Both the position numbers and the translations under genes were made by a program. The notes beneath the pieces are model-generated. The model saw only the letters and a program-made list of their open reading frames with translations. It had not been told where the DNA came from and ran no database searches. A stretch of 64,000 nt of DNA. Source: Eledone cirrhosa (lineage: Eukaryota). Positions 50,480 through 63,370 of this stretch are shown one piece after another; the stretch's first letter is position 1, and each line of letters begins with the position of its first letter. The stretch lies in assembly GCA_964016885.1 (NCBI GenBank), contig OZ024740.1, positions 173,662,001-173,726,000 on the forward strand, in the 5' to 3' direction.

Positions 50480-52030
50480 CAGTTGATGCTGAGATTCACT
50501 TTACATTGCTCACGCCCTGTTTTTAATTCCTTTCTGATATTGTTTGGACACTGATTGTAAGTTCTCTTTTCTCCAAATCTACAGGCCCGTGCAGGGCCTT
50601 TTTTGTTTTACATGAGTAGTTATAAATTAGTTGATGGGCTAGATTCATTTTGAAACCCAACTGATTAAATTTGTATCCTTTTTTTTTTTAGACAGGAGTT
50701 TGTGGTTTGGTAACTCTTTCATCAGCACAAATGATATATAACCACATCAACAATGAAATAAAACCGATACTTCCATCATTTGTTGGATTTTCTTCTTATG
50801 CAGTAGCTGGCTCACAACTGGCCTGCACAGACCACACTATTCATATGCTCAGTGTAGTTTTCACTGCTCTTGGACATGGCACATTTCAGTGTTCCTTGGT
50901 TTGTTGTTTCCGCTAGTCATTGGGACTAGAATTTGTTGTCAGCAGTGTCATAGTCCTGTTAACATGTCATGCTGTTGCTGCCAGGTTTCCCTTTTGTTTT
51001 TGTATCATGTCACCATGCTGTTTCAATTTTGTTGAGGTGACAGCATTTGGCATGTCTTTTTTATTTTTTTGTATTGTGCTGCAAGCATATATTCCATTTT
51101 GTAGAAGTTCTTGAAGGAGTTTGACAAAGGAGAAGAAATCATCACAATAGACGTGGTGGTTTTTTACCCATATGTCCCTTGTGAGGTCTTTCACAACTCT
51201 TTCTTCAAGTCCTTGTTCACATTGATTTGAAACTTTTCCCGATATACTTGGGAGTCATTTAGGTAACCATTGTGTGGATCAGCCTGCATTTACACTTATA
51301 TCCTATATTTTGTAGGCTTTAGTGGAATATACTGTTTGAATCCAAATTGTCCACGGAAGGCAATCCTGGTCTCATCTATTGATGTTTCACTATTGATGCA
51401 TACCCATTTAATAAACAGCCAAACATCTGATCAGGATGGCCATATTCTGGATTTTGGGAGACATCCAAAATATGGAAATACTGGTTTAGTTTGTCCAGCC
51501 TGTTCCTTGTAATTATTTCCTTGATTCCTGTAGACTGGAACAAATTATAAAAAAAAAAATGTCCTGATTAGGGACAGAAACAACTCCCATCACTCTCTGA
51601 AATGCAGTATAGGCCCTCATTTTCGAAGCACTTGTGTTACTCCACTTCAGATCAGGCCTTTTTGATTCAGTATATTAGTTTGTTTCATTTGATATCAAAT
51701 CAAATAAATCGTTATTAAATATTTAAAAGAAAAAATCTACTTCTTTCTTCTCATCATCTAGAATATTTACTCATCCAGGAGTTCCTCTGAATGTATTAAC
51801 ATCGATCAGAAAATCAATCACTCCATTCCAACATGAGTTCATTACCATCATCACTGGTGTCTTCATTTTCAGTTAAATTCATCAATGATACACCATTATC
51901 ATTTCCAGATTCTGACATTAAATCAGTGTCTGATAAATTTTGTTTAAGATCTCATATTTTCTTTTTGTGCTCCAACTATATCAATTTCAATAAAGCATTC
52001 GAAAAATGGAAAAACGTTTCATTTTCACTT
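50480..52030 (-). mobile_element. piggyBac-family transposase relic
   Basis: Minus strand: SIDETRIAFRGQFGFKQYIPLKPTKY, NGYL, HHVYCDDFFS..LLQELLQNGIYACSTI; acidic N-terminal remnant; many stops. Confidence 0.85.
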
Positions 52031-52344
52031 TCTGACACCATAATTGCTAATTAGTAGCAGCATGTAACTTATATTTAACTACTGTTATATCATCATCATC
52101 ATCATCATTTTACATCCACTTTTCCATGCTTGCCAGGGTTGGGCAGGTCCTATTCATCACAGCATCTCTCCATTTGTCACGGTCCTTCATCATCTCCTCC
52201 GTGAGAATTCTACTATTTAGTTTAGCCATGTTTTGGGCCATATTCATAGTTGTAGAATAAGAAAGCTTAATTGTTGAGTGCTTCTAATCTATTGTAAAAC
52301 TCATTCTTTGATTTATTCATTGAACCTTGTTTAACTTTTAAATA

Positions 52345-52638
52345 TATCTATCTATCTAAGGCGGGTAAAATTCCCGAGATCCATGGACGAGTTCTCTCCA
52401 GCGGTCTCTGTCCCTCATTATCGCTGCCATGTCCTGCGTCTCCAACAGACCAGTGTCTGTCCTTAGGGCATCAACATACGTTAACCTTGGTCTTCCTCTT
52501 CTAGTGTGTCCATGTAGGGGCTCCCAAAGTCTGCCTCTTCATTGCTGTAGTGGAGTCTGTGCTGCTGTATGGGTCTGAGACTTGGACACTGACCAAGAAA
52601 CTCACTCAGATGCTGGATGGGTGCTACACGAGAATGTT

Positions 52639-52639
<1 letters not shown>
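52345..52639. mobile_element. RTE-like LINE insertion with an inverted 5' segment
   Basis: Minus strand ~52357-52529 encodes the C-terminus (LWEPLHGHTRRGRPRLTY..RDRWRE); plus strand ~52530-52639 encodes the upstream ESVLLYGSETWTLTKK..GCYTRM. Confidence 0.75.
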
Positions 52640-52689
<50 letters not shown>

Positions 52690-52693
<4 letters not shown>

Positions 52694-53010
52694 TCATCAT
52701 CATCATTTTACGTCCGCTTTTCGCTGCTTGCAAGAGTTGGATGGGTCCTATTCAGCACAGCATCTCTCCACTTGTCATGGTCCTTCGTCATCTCCTTGGT
52801 GAGTTTCAGCGATCTGAGAGCTGCTCTCACCACCTCCGCCCATGTTTTTCGTAGTCTACCTCTACTGCGTCTTCCTTCTACTGGGATTTCTTGGCACTTC
52901 TTTACCTAGCGGTCATCCTCCATGCGCATCACATGTCCATACCAACGTAGTCTTCTCTCCCGCACACTATAACTAATCCCTCTTATACACAGTTTCTCTC
53001 TCAACTCACC
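52690..53010 (-). mobile_element. RTE LINE 3' fragment
   Basis: RRLRWYGHVMRMEDD, GRLRKTW on the minus strand; (ATC)n tail. Confidence 0.82.
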
Positions 53011-53961
53011 ATGCTTGGTCATTCACGCACTCCTTGATTGATTTAAACTAAAAATAGTTTCCTAATTCATCCAATCGCTGAGCTTTTTGCACCAGAAGCA
53101 AATAGCCCACATATGACTACAGGGGTGCATCACCTCTGAATACTAATGGTCAACAGTCAATGAATTTTAATGTCACAACTACAAGCAGGATCAGGAAGCA
53201 ATGAGAATACAGAAGAAACATGTAATGCTGGCTCATATTTTATAAACACCACATTCTTCTATTTTTACCATCTCTACCTATCTTTCTCTACATCACTCTT
53301 TCTCTATCTCACTATTCTCCTTTCTCTCAGTTTTCTCTCTTGTACTTTATTATGCTTTACAGCTTGCATAGTATTTGCAATGTCAAATTCTTTGCTTTTC
53401 TTCCTCCTTTACTTTTGCTTTGATTCCTCTCTCTTCTTTTTCTGGTCATAAAAATTGTATTCTATTATCCATCTTCTACTCAGTGTATTTGGTGTTGCTG
53501 GTAGACTGAATGTTCAATTGATGTATGTGATGACTTTTTGGTGGGTTTGAAGTTTGTATCAGAGTGATGTAGGCGTTTTTATGGTGTACATGCTGGTTCG
53601 AAGGTGGGGTCTATCTGCCCCACACATACACATGAATGGGGTAGAGGAACTAAGGTGGTGTTTATGGGATACTGAAGGCCAATAGTTTGAAGTTAGCTAA
53701 CGGCACGACTCTGTTGACAGCAAAACATTTAGTCTTTTTTCCTGTTGATGGATATCGCAGACTGTTGCAGTATATGCAACATCTTGTGAAGGTAGACTTA
53801 ACTGTTGTTCCCCTTCCTCAGAGAAGGAGGTCTTGGATATTCTACAAAGACCACTTTAGCTCTACTTAGGCCCCGTGTATGTGTGGAGCAGACAGTCCTG
53901 CTCTCAAAACAGTATGTACATCACATGGAGTGATGTAGGTATTTCAACCTACATCACTCCA

Positions 53962-56372
53962 TCTATATATATATATATAAAACAGAGGATGTCTGTCTGT
54001 GTGTCTGTTTCCCTAAAACTCTTGAAGTACCCAACCGTTTTTTTTTCAAACTTTACACATGTAACCCGTATGGCCCCAGAAGTGTTTTGAGCAAAAAAAA
54101 AATTTCAAATTATTCTGACCTAGGGATCAAATTAGTGAAGTGGCCAATGTTTGTACATAATGAGGGAGTGAGAGGAGGGGAGAGAAAGAAACGGAGAGGC
54201 GAAGTGAAGAAGTGGCTCTCTACTCCTCCTCCTCCTTCTCCTCATTTCGTCACAGCGTTTTTCGATAGAGGGGAGAAATGTGAACGAGTTACAGAGAGAA
54301 AGAGTGAGAGTGAAAGAAACAGACAGACTAAAAGAGGGGGATAGCGGGAGAGAGAGAGAGAGAGTGACAGACGCCGTCTTTTGAGAGTTGTATGCGTCAA
54401 AGATACATGACAGTGGAATAACTATTGCGTGTGTGTGTACGTGCGCGTGTGTGTGAGTTTGTGTGCGTTTGCATGCGTGAGTGTGTATGTGTGCGTGAGT
54501 GATTATAAACTCTCTCACATGGTCTGATGGAATTAACCCTTTAGCATTTACATTACTCTATATATACTATATTATTTTCATGGTAAAGGCTTTATCTCAC
54601 ATAACATAAAAATCTCATAGATTTAATATTATTTATTTTGAGAACAATACCTTAACCCTTTAGTATTAATGTGAATGAGTTATAAAGAGAAAGAGTGAGA
54701 GTGAAAGAAACAGACAGACTAAAAGAGGGGGATAGCGGGAGAGAGAGAGAGAGAGACGCTGGAAGAGGGGAAGGAAAGCTATATGTCTTGCTGTCTGCAT
54801 TACGATACATATATATACACACACACACTGATCGCGTCATAATGACGTAATGCAGACAGCTAGACATACAGACAGATATTATAAGGGCGCAACGTTATAT
54901 TTATGTATCTATCTAAAAAGAAAGACTAAGACTTATAGAGAGATCGCTAAATCGCCTAATGCGGTCCCTAGAGCATTGAAAATTTGAAATATTATTTGCT
55001 CAAAACACTCACAGGACCCTAAGTATTACATGTGTAAAGTTTGAAAACAATCGGTTGGGTGGTTCTCAAGTTTTAGTGAGCTGACAGACAGACATTCTCT
55101 GTTTTTGATATATAGACTAGCAGAAAACCACCCGGGGGCGGTTTTCTGCTAGTCTATATATCTAAAACAGAGAATGTCTGTCTGTCAGCTCACTAAAACT
55201 TGAGAACCATCCAACCGATTGTTTTCAAACTTTAGACATGTAATACTTATGGTCCTGTGAGTGTTTTGAGCAAAAATTATTTCAAATTTTCAATGTCCTA
55301 GGGACCGCATTAGGCGATTTAGCGTTCTCTCTATATAATTCTTAGTCTTTCTTTTTAGATAGATACATAGATATAACGTTGCGCCCTTATAATATCTGTC
55401 TGTATGTCTGGCTGTCTGCATTACGTCATTATGACGCGCTCAGTGTGTGTGTGTAGATATATACGTATCGTAATGCAGACAGCAAGACATAGCTTTCCTT
55501 CCCCTCTTCCAGCGTCTCTCTCTCTCCCTCCCGCTATCCCCCTCTTGTAGTCTGTCTCTTTCTTTCACTGTCACTCTCTCTCTACGTGTCGGATAGACAG
55601 ACAGAGAAATTGCTGGTTATATATTACAAGGAGATATATATATAATTATATATTCGTGTACAGACATTTTTGCATACATAATAACAAAATATAAATAAAC
55701 GTATTTATTTCACGAGGCTCAATAAGGATAAATATATATCAAATATATAAGAACCCTAGAGCAAATCCCAAGTAACACCGGGCCATTCTGCTAGTATATA
55801 TATAAAACTGAGGATGTCTGTATGTGTGTGAGTTTGAATCCCTAAAACTAGAGAAACACCCAACCGACTGTTTTCAAACTTTACACATGTAATACTTATG
55901 TTTCAGGGAGTGTTCTGAGCAAAAAGAAATTCAAATTTTCAATGCCCTAGGGACCGCATTAGGCGATTTAGCGATCTCTCTCTATAATTCTTAGTCTTTC
56001 TCTTTTTAGATAGATACATACATATAACGTCGCACCCTTATAATATCTGTCTGTATGTCTGGTTGTCTGCATTACGTCACTTCCTACAATTCGCTCTGCG
56101 TCCAGAACGCGCCCTTATAATATCTGTCTGTATGTCTGCTGTCTCCAGTTATTCTGTCACCCTTGCTCAAGACAAATCTCACACTCATTCCCCAAACAGT
56201 TGGTAAGTGCACACAACTTCTTCCTCACGTTTTAAGCCACAGTGCTGCTTACTTACGTACAACCAGACCCTTACTTCTTTGCCAGCCGTGGTTGTGGCAA
56301 TACTAAGCTTAGCTAAGGCGGTTATATATTTCACAATACCTTATCCCGTGCAACGCCGGGTACCACTGCTAG
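53962..56372 (+). mobile_element. Composite cluster of non-autonomous Helitrons (tandem and inverted copies)
   Basis: A|TCTATATA start at 53962; 3' CCCGTGCAACGCCGGG hairpin and CTGCTAG|T at 56372; internal CTAG-5'end junctions at 55152/3 and 55794/5; same family as 44232-45316. Confidence 0.82.
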
Positions 56373-58015
56373 TATTCAATAAAATAACTTAAGTACCCAA
56401 TTACAATCTAATCCAATGATAATTGAACTGGCCATTGTATGAAAACTCACTTGATTGTTTTCCTTTATAATTTTAAAAATCAAAGTGGCCATCCCAGGAC
56501 TTGAGGGATTAACAACCCATTTTTAAAACTACTGTTCTACATTTAACTGAAAGAAGATAATTTCTACAGATGATTTTCAACAGTTGATTTAGGTATTTTG
56601 AATATGCTAGTTACCTTACAGGCATAACAGAACATAATCATAATCTTAAAAATTCATGTTTCAAAGACACTTATTTGACATCAGTTGATAACTACTGCCT
56701 CCCTACTTCATCAGGGATTTATCATGGACACAAAGAAAGTAAACTGTCTGATTGTATGCTGAGCATTCTGGGAGAACATGTTTTCATTAGATTTTCATTA
56801 ACTTTAAAACATTACCAAAGGAGTTAACCCCCTTGGTTTATTCACAGGTGATTTCCCCTTAACCAAAGTTCTGTTTGAACTTGCCCTCTATCATTCCTAT
56901 ATAATGTTTATTAACAACTGATCCATTTGTGTTGTTATAGGTAACTCCTACCACAGCTTTGACATTGCAAGACTATTTGATCCGGTATACATCAGTGTCT
57001 TTACATGTGCATCCTGTTTTTGTTGGTCTTGAAGGTTTGTGGGTTATGATGTTATTCACATTGGAAGTGCAACAACTTACTTTGAAACAGCTTCTGTCGA
57101 AAGTATCTACTGGTGCCAAAAAGCTTTTAGCCAATTTAGGCTTTATGTTTAATGAATATCAGGATGGGAATCAGATATTGGAGGATCTGTATTTAGTTTA
57201 GGAGAGGGGAAGGGGTGGGTTAAGTAGATATAACACACAATCTCATCACACCCCCATGGTTTAAAAAAATCTAGTCAAGAACAATAGCAGAAGAGTCTTT
57301 AAAATCTTGTATAAGCCAGCACCATATTACAATAATGCTATAGCAAATGGCAGCTTCAAAAACAAAATTAGCAACCTTATTTTTTATTTGCAAGTTATAC
57401 ACATATATGCATGCATTCACACACAGGAAGTCGTGGAGTGGGGAGACCCAGGAAGGCTCGGGATGAGGTGTTAAAAGTTGACCTTGCCCAATTCCACCTC
57501 ATGACACATGATCAAGATCCCTGGTGTTATTTCCTTCAGTGCATTAATTTTGCAAATATGATCATTTATATTTCTGACTGTAACTCCACTCCAGTTTTTT
57601 TAACCTTTTGAATCATGTAGAATCTTGCCTTTGTTTTAAAGGGGTCCTTAATTCCTGATGGAATTAATTGTTGGTGTGTTTTAAACTTGGTGGAGCACAT
57701 TACTCTCTATGATGGAACACAGCTGATTTCTTCCAGAGAAATAAAGAAAGCGAGAGAGAGAGAGAGAGAGAGGGAGAGAGAAAGAGAGAGAGAGAGAAAG
57801 AGAGAGAGAGAATGAGGAAGAATCACCTCCACAATTGGATTGGTATTTTATTTATCACCTTTGAAAGGATGAAAGGCAAAGATGGTCTTGGTGAGATTTG
57901 AACTCAGAGAGCTGAAACAAATACTGAGATTTTTACTTCACCACTCTAATGATTCTGCTAATTTGTCCTTACTTTAGCTATCTGTATTATATTAATTACT
58001 GTATCTCTTTCTTAT

Positions 58016-58170
58016 GGTGGCGAATTGGCAGAGTTGTTAGATCATTGGATAGAATGCTTTGTGGTATTCATCCGGTTGTCCGCTTTCTGAGTTGAAATCC
58101 CGCCGAGGTCAACTTTGTCTTTCATGCTTTTGAGGTCAATAAAAAAAGTAACAGTCTAGTACTGGGGTCA
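58016..58170 (+). mobile_element. tRNA-derived SINE; related copies ~18885-18960, ~23750-23890, ~60170-60320
   Basis: GGCGAATTGGCAGAG A-box-like head, GAGTTGAAATCC B-box-like motif, conserved AATAAA..AGTACTGGGGTC end. Confidence 0.65.
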
Positions 58171-58454
58171 AATTTTCCTCTCTCTGGAAGAAATCTGCTG
58201 TACTCAGGCTTGGAGGGGGATGGGCTTCACAAGGCTTAAAATGACCAAGAAATGCTGATGTCAATACAGTGCCCCTACAACTCTATCAGGAGTTACGGGA
58301 CCATACTATACCATCTCTTTCTTAATCATAAACATCCCTTCCATGTTGTTTTAACAATTCACATTGTTTTGTTTTTATTGCTTTAACATTTGTCTCCTAT
58401 ATTAAAACTTCAGCTGTTATGTTCTAATTTTCTTTCTTGTTTGTTTATTTTCAG

Positions 58455-58486
58455 TTTACTGTAATGCTCTAAAGTCACTATTGTGA
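58455..58486 (+). CDS. CCDC15: CCDC15-like terminal coding exon ((V)YCNALKSLL*)
   Basis: Long polypyrimidine tract with TTTCAG acceptor; YCNALKS resembles CCDC15 YTRALHS following the NNC.FY motif; TGA at 58484-58486; AATAAA at 58530-58535. Confidence 0.65.
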
Positions 58487-60734
58487 TCTCTGGAGAACAA
58501 AACCACATAATATATATATATAGCTTATAAATAAAATATTTATCTTTCACCTTGTATTGTTATATTTTTTAAGGAACTTGTTATATACAATGCTTGTTGT
58601 CCTGCTCCTCCTCCTTTGAAGGCCTAGAAACAGTAATGCATATAAAAGATTCAAATCACCTGCTTAAAATCTGTTTTTGGTGCTCTTTTGGTTCATCCTT
58701 ATTCTTTAATGCATCATGTGTAAGTCAGCCAGAAGATCTCATCACTGCAGCTAAAATTCACAGGTGAAGCAAAATAATTAAGCTAGGAATAGTACTTGTA
58801 CCACATACTAATTTGGTCGATAGTTGACCCCCTCATTACAAGGCATATACCCTCATAACTCCTCTGTGTTACCACACTTTCTAATTACTTAAACACTAAT
58901 CTATCTATTTACATAGCCAATTTCCATCCTACTGAATTATCAATCTATCAAAGTGAAACAGTAGAACGAGAAAATTAATGATAGTCTTTGCTGGCTAATG
59001 GCTAATAAACATAAAAAGGTGCTTACAAAGTGGAATGTTGTAAGGAGAGGAAGAAGAGGGTGGAGGAGAAGAAGAGGTGAAGGAGAAGGCGACAGGAGAA
59101 ATCTGATGTTTGAGCATGGTCCTTCATTAGAGTATTCAATTATCACTATAGCAAATCTATTTTGAAAAAGGAGGAACTATATTTCGTAGCGTGTGAATGT
59201 TCATCCAGGATTCATTGGTGACTGAAGTAATTAGTTTCTTATCAACCAATCACCAATTAGTTTGCCATTATATCAATAGGCATACCTAATTATCAATAGC
59301 AGTGACATTTTTGAAGTGAGGCAAACAATAGCTCTTAGAGCCAGCAGCCTTATTACATTTCACAGTCCTTTCAATATATGCTGTTGCAATATCACTCCTA
59401 CAAACTTGAAGTACAGATCCTTCTATACCCATGTCCTCAACAAGAACAAAGCATTCCAAATGTGGTTATTAACAGAACTAGCATTCTAAATATGTTATCA
59501 CCAATAGAACAGAACAGATTTTTCTACACCAAAAGATAAATTTAATGACTTTCACCTTTATATATGATGCCACATGTTAGCTGGATCACTATCCAGTAAC
59601 ACTTTATCCCATAATCTCAATTCCCAGTGCCACTCAATGTTTTTTAATGCACATATCTCTACTTTAAGCTAGTTACCACAGGGTTAGCAAGTAAGGGTGA
59701 GTACTAAACTTCTGTTGATGACAGCAAAATAGGCAAAAACGTTCGGAGTTCTCGGCTTTGTTTGCTTGGCCAAATATTAGCTTGTAGCGAAAGAAATGTT
59801 TTCCCACAGCCACCATGTGAGTGACCTGAGACCTTGCAGGGAAGACGATAGATAAATTACTCTGATGGTAGGATTCATGGCAACAGTGGTATGAAGAACA
59901 TTGTCTGGGGCCATCTATTATCTATTAGTAAAATAACTAGCGGTCATTATAAATAGGATGTCGTGTGGCCCTACCATCACTCAATCCACTGCCTCTTCGC
60001 CAGTACAACACAGCCTGCACATATATACGGTTTACTGCCATATCAGCTAGCTACATACTGCCGACTACAACTTTTATTTTAAGGGAACATCCCATGGTAA
60101 ATAAAAAATTCGTGCACAGCACTGAAGCTTTACTGAACACTATAATCAAACATTATATTTACGATTCAAAGGTGATGGATTTGGCGGAATCGGTAGAGCG
60201 TCGGGCAACATTCTTAGCTGCATAGAGTTACGGTCCTTTACGTTCTGAATTCAAATCGTCCTTACGGGGGTCTATAAAATAAAATACCAGCAATGTAATG
60301 GGGTCGATATAATCGACTCCCCCCCCCCCCCCAAAGCCAGCTTTGAACATAGAATGTAAAAGTCCCAAATGTCAAAACTGCAGGATATTTTGAGTCAGTC
60401 AGTAGCGATATTCACCAGTTTACACAAATAGTTAACGCCTGTTGACATTGACAATATGTATATTCATAACGTTTATGATAATTTCACCTTTAAACAATTA
60501 TTATTTAGTTGACAAGTATTGCTGTTACTTATATAACAACAATCCAGTGATTGAAACAGGGAATGGTTTGTAATAGAACTACAAAGAAGCCACACTGTTC
60601 CCATGCTTTCGGGAATCGCAATGAGTAGTATTTGTTTGGGCACAACTAACTATAGAAGGAGTATGTAGATATATGAGAAGAGTTGGTGGAGGCGATGTAG
60701 GTGAGATGAAATGTTATGATGGAGAAGAGCAATA

Positions 60735-60850
60735 ACCGGCTTCAAGTTTCAAAAATAAGTAGTGACGTCATTTCGACCTAGAAAGCGCTCTGCGGACTTT
60801 TCAATTCACTGCAGTGACGTCAGAGGATAAACCACGTGATTACATGTCGA
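60735..60850. promoter_or_regulatory. CpG-containing cluster of two perfect CRE sites and an E-box
   Basis: TGACGTCA at 60763-60770 and 60815-60822, CACGTG at 60833-60838, in otherwise CpG-poor DNA. Confidence 0.45.
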
Positions 60851-61371
60851 ACTTAATTTAATTATAGATGTATAGATTATACTATCACACACGCATATCA
60901 CACCACACAGACACACACATTACAGCACACAGATACATATACAAGCTACATAACACAAACATACACACACCATACATACCCCAGAGAGACAGATAGATAC
61001 ACACATTATTACATGTATCAATATATACATTCGTTCTTATGAGCACACATATATACTGACGGAAAGCCAAACGTTGGCAACCGTACAAATTCACTCAGCG
61101 TGGAGTCACCATTTGCGAGCACACATACACATGTCTCCCTTATATAGACACATGTGCGTTCACCCCCCTCCTCCTCCTCCTCCTCCTCGCACAAACGCGT
61201 TGCCCAGTCACTTACTAATATACCTTCGCCTGCATTCTCATACACATGTATTAGATTCGCAAAATCAATCTTATGCATGCAGTCACACACACTCACACGT
61301 GTGTGTGTGTGTATGTATGTATGTATGTATGTATGTATGTATGTATGTATGTATGTATGTATGTATGTGTG

Positions 61372-61679
61372 CAGGGGCCTCGTTTGCCTTAAAAATGTGA
61401 TGGGGACAAACCAACATTTGTTGATTCTTAAAGGAGCATAAATTGCTTATGGTGCCTTTCCCGAACCCTATTACATAAGTAAAATTTTACACTAATTAAA
61501 TTTTATATATCCAAATGAAGTTCAGATATATAAAAATAAGCTTAAAAAGAATATATAATCAAATATACAAAAAGTAAAAGATAGACGGTTGAAAAAGAGT
61601 GTGTGTGTGTGGAGGGGGGGGGGGGGGGGGGGGGGGGACTTGTCCTCTGGTACCCCCCCCCCCTGAAACAAGGCCCTTG
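61372..61679. mobile_element. Possible hAT-like MITE inside an (ATGT)n microsatellite
   Basis: Imperfect TIRs CAGGGGCCTCGTTT / AAACAAGGCCCTTG; flanks TATGTGTG / TATGTATG. Confidence 0.45.
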
Positions 61680-61779
61680 TATGTATGCATGTATGTATGT
61701 ATAGCTTACAAGATATATACACACGCTAAAAAATCTCTGCCAACAGTACACTCAATAGTATTCAGTTGGCTTGGATATA

Positions 61780-62560
61780 CGAGGTTTGTCCCAAAAGTAA
61801 AGGTACTGATGCTTTATTTAAATGTATATTAAACGTACATGAAATTACAAATTATTTCCTTCTAAATATGACCTTTGAGTGTCCTTAGCTCGATTTTTGA
61901 ATCTTTTCCACAGTCCAAAATGATGACCCTTCAGCTTCGCCTCCAGCTTAGGGGAAAAGTAGACATCACATGGAACTAGATCAGGGCTGTATGAAGGACA
62001 TGGAAGAGCCAGAAATTTTCTAATTGAAAGTGATGTGTAAACAGGCGCACTATCGTGGTACAGTAACCAATCTCCTGCAATGTCCTTCTGGGCAGGCTGG
62101 ACCTGTTTTTGAAGTCGTTCCAAGACATCTTTGTAGAAAGTGCGATTAACTGTTTTTCTTGGAGGTAAAAATTCTTTGTGAACAATACCATGTCTGTCGA
62201 AAAAAAAAAAATGCTTATCATCGTTTTCACCCTGGATGTGCTCAGGCGTACTTTCTTCAGACGAGGAGAACATTTTCCTCGTCGAATTTTTCGTGAACTA
62301 ACTCCTCACTTTTCCATTTTGTCTCTAGATTGTACTCGAACACCTATGATTCATCTACTGTTATTACTTTATCCAAGAAATTTCGCTCAATTTCGAGTCT
62401 TCCTAGCAAATCCTGACAAATTTCCATCCGGTTTGCTTTTTGCTCCACAGACAAATGTTGGGCACTAGTTTTGCTTAAATTGTTCACATGCAGAAATAGC
62501 CTGTTAACATTCTGTGAACTGCATTTTTATCGAAGCACATTTCTTCGGCAATCACCCTAA
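61780..62560 (-). mobile_element. mariner (DD34D-type) transposon, decayed and truncated
   Basis: FFDRHGIVHKEFLP..TVN..FY..VLERL, HDSAPVY, SYSPDLVPCD; TA-CGAGGTTTGTCCCAAAAGTAAAG terminus at 61778-61802. Confidence 0.88.
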
Positions 62561-62565
62561 GACTT

Positions 62566-63370
62566 TGTAGGGCTAGGGAGCCGGAAGAGAAGGGGAAATG
62601 TCGCCGGAAGCGAGGTGCCAGTGATGTCACGTCAGAAGTGTGGACCGCGTCTCTCTCTTCATCTGTATGCCGTGGCAGAGTGCGGACGCTTGTTATGACT
62701 TGTGTGAATTAGTGTGTGAGTTTTGCTATGTTCTCTGGCCAGAGGAGAAACAGGTGAGCATCCAGGAATGGAGATGCAAAGGTAGGTTCCTTCGCTTCTT
62801 ACGACAAGCCATTTCGGTAACGTTTTATTTTTCATTTACTTTCTCCGAATCGCAGAAGATATGCACAACGACAAAATGTCCATGAGCAAACTGATCGCAT
62901 AGGCCCGCGTAGTGACACGAGGCGTTGAGCGAAATGTGGTGTTAGCAGCGACTGAAGCTTATAGCAGTCAACAGCGATCAATGAACGATGAGGTGAGAAA
63001 AGCCTGCATGAATGCTCAGCTGTGGGCATTTAAAGGCAAGTTCTTTAGATGTCAGGGTCCGCACATGGCAAGAGACTGCAAGGAGTCGAAGCCTGAAATA
63101 ATTTGCTACCGATGAAAGTGGGCAGGCCACATCGCCAGCAATTGCGACCAGGGAAACGGTCAAAGTGGAGTTACTGCGCCAGTAGTTACCCCTGGAAGCG
63201 AGTAGAGTCGCTCTTGCAGTCGCTGCCCGTAGTGGAGATTCTGGTTGGGGGAAACTCACAACACCCCGAAGGTGGTTATAAAGTGGAGCGGAATGGATGG
63301 AGTAAGGACAATCGACGACAGAGAGATTAGATGCAGAGGTAGCAGTGAGTGAGGTGGAGATAGTGGTAAG
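62566..63370 (+). mobile_element. Gypsy-like LTR retrotransposon fragment (LTR and gag zinc knuckles)
   Basis: GC-rich segment starting TGTAGGG; degenerate tandem CCHC knuckles FRCQGPHMARDC and CYR*KWAGHIASNC; then LPVVEILVGG (protease-start-like). Confidence 0.65.

Noticed and set aside
56941-56983. Possible exon after GTTATAG
   Set aside because: Weak donor, no similarity to the expected CCDC15 sequence, and not needed for the gene model.
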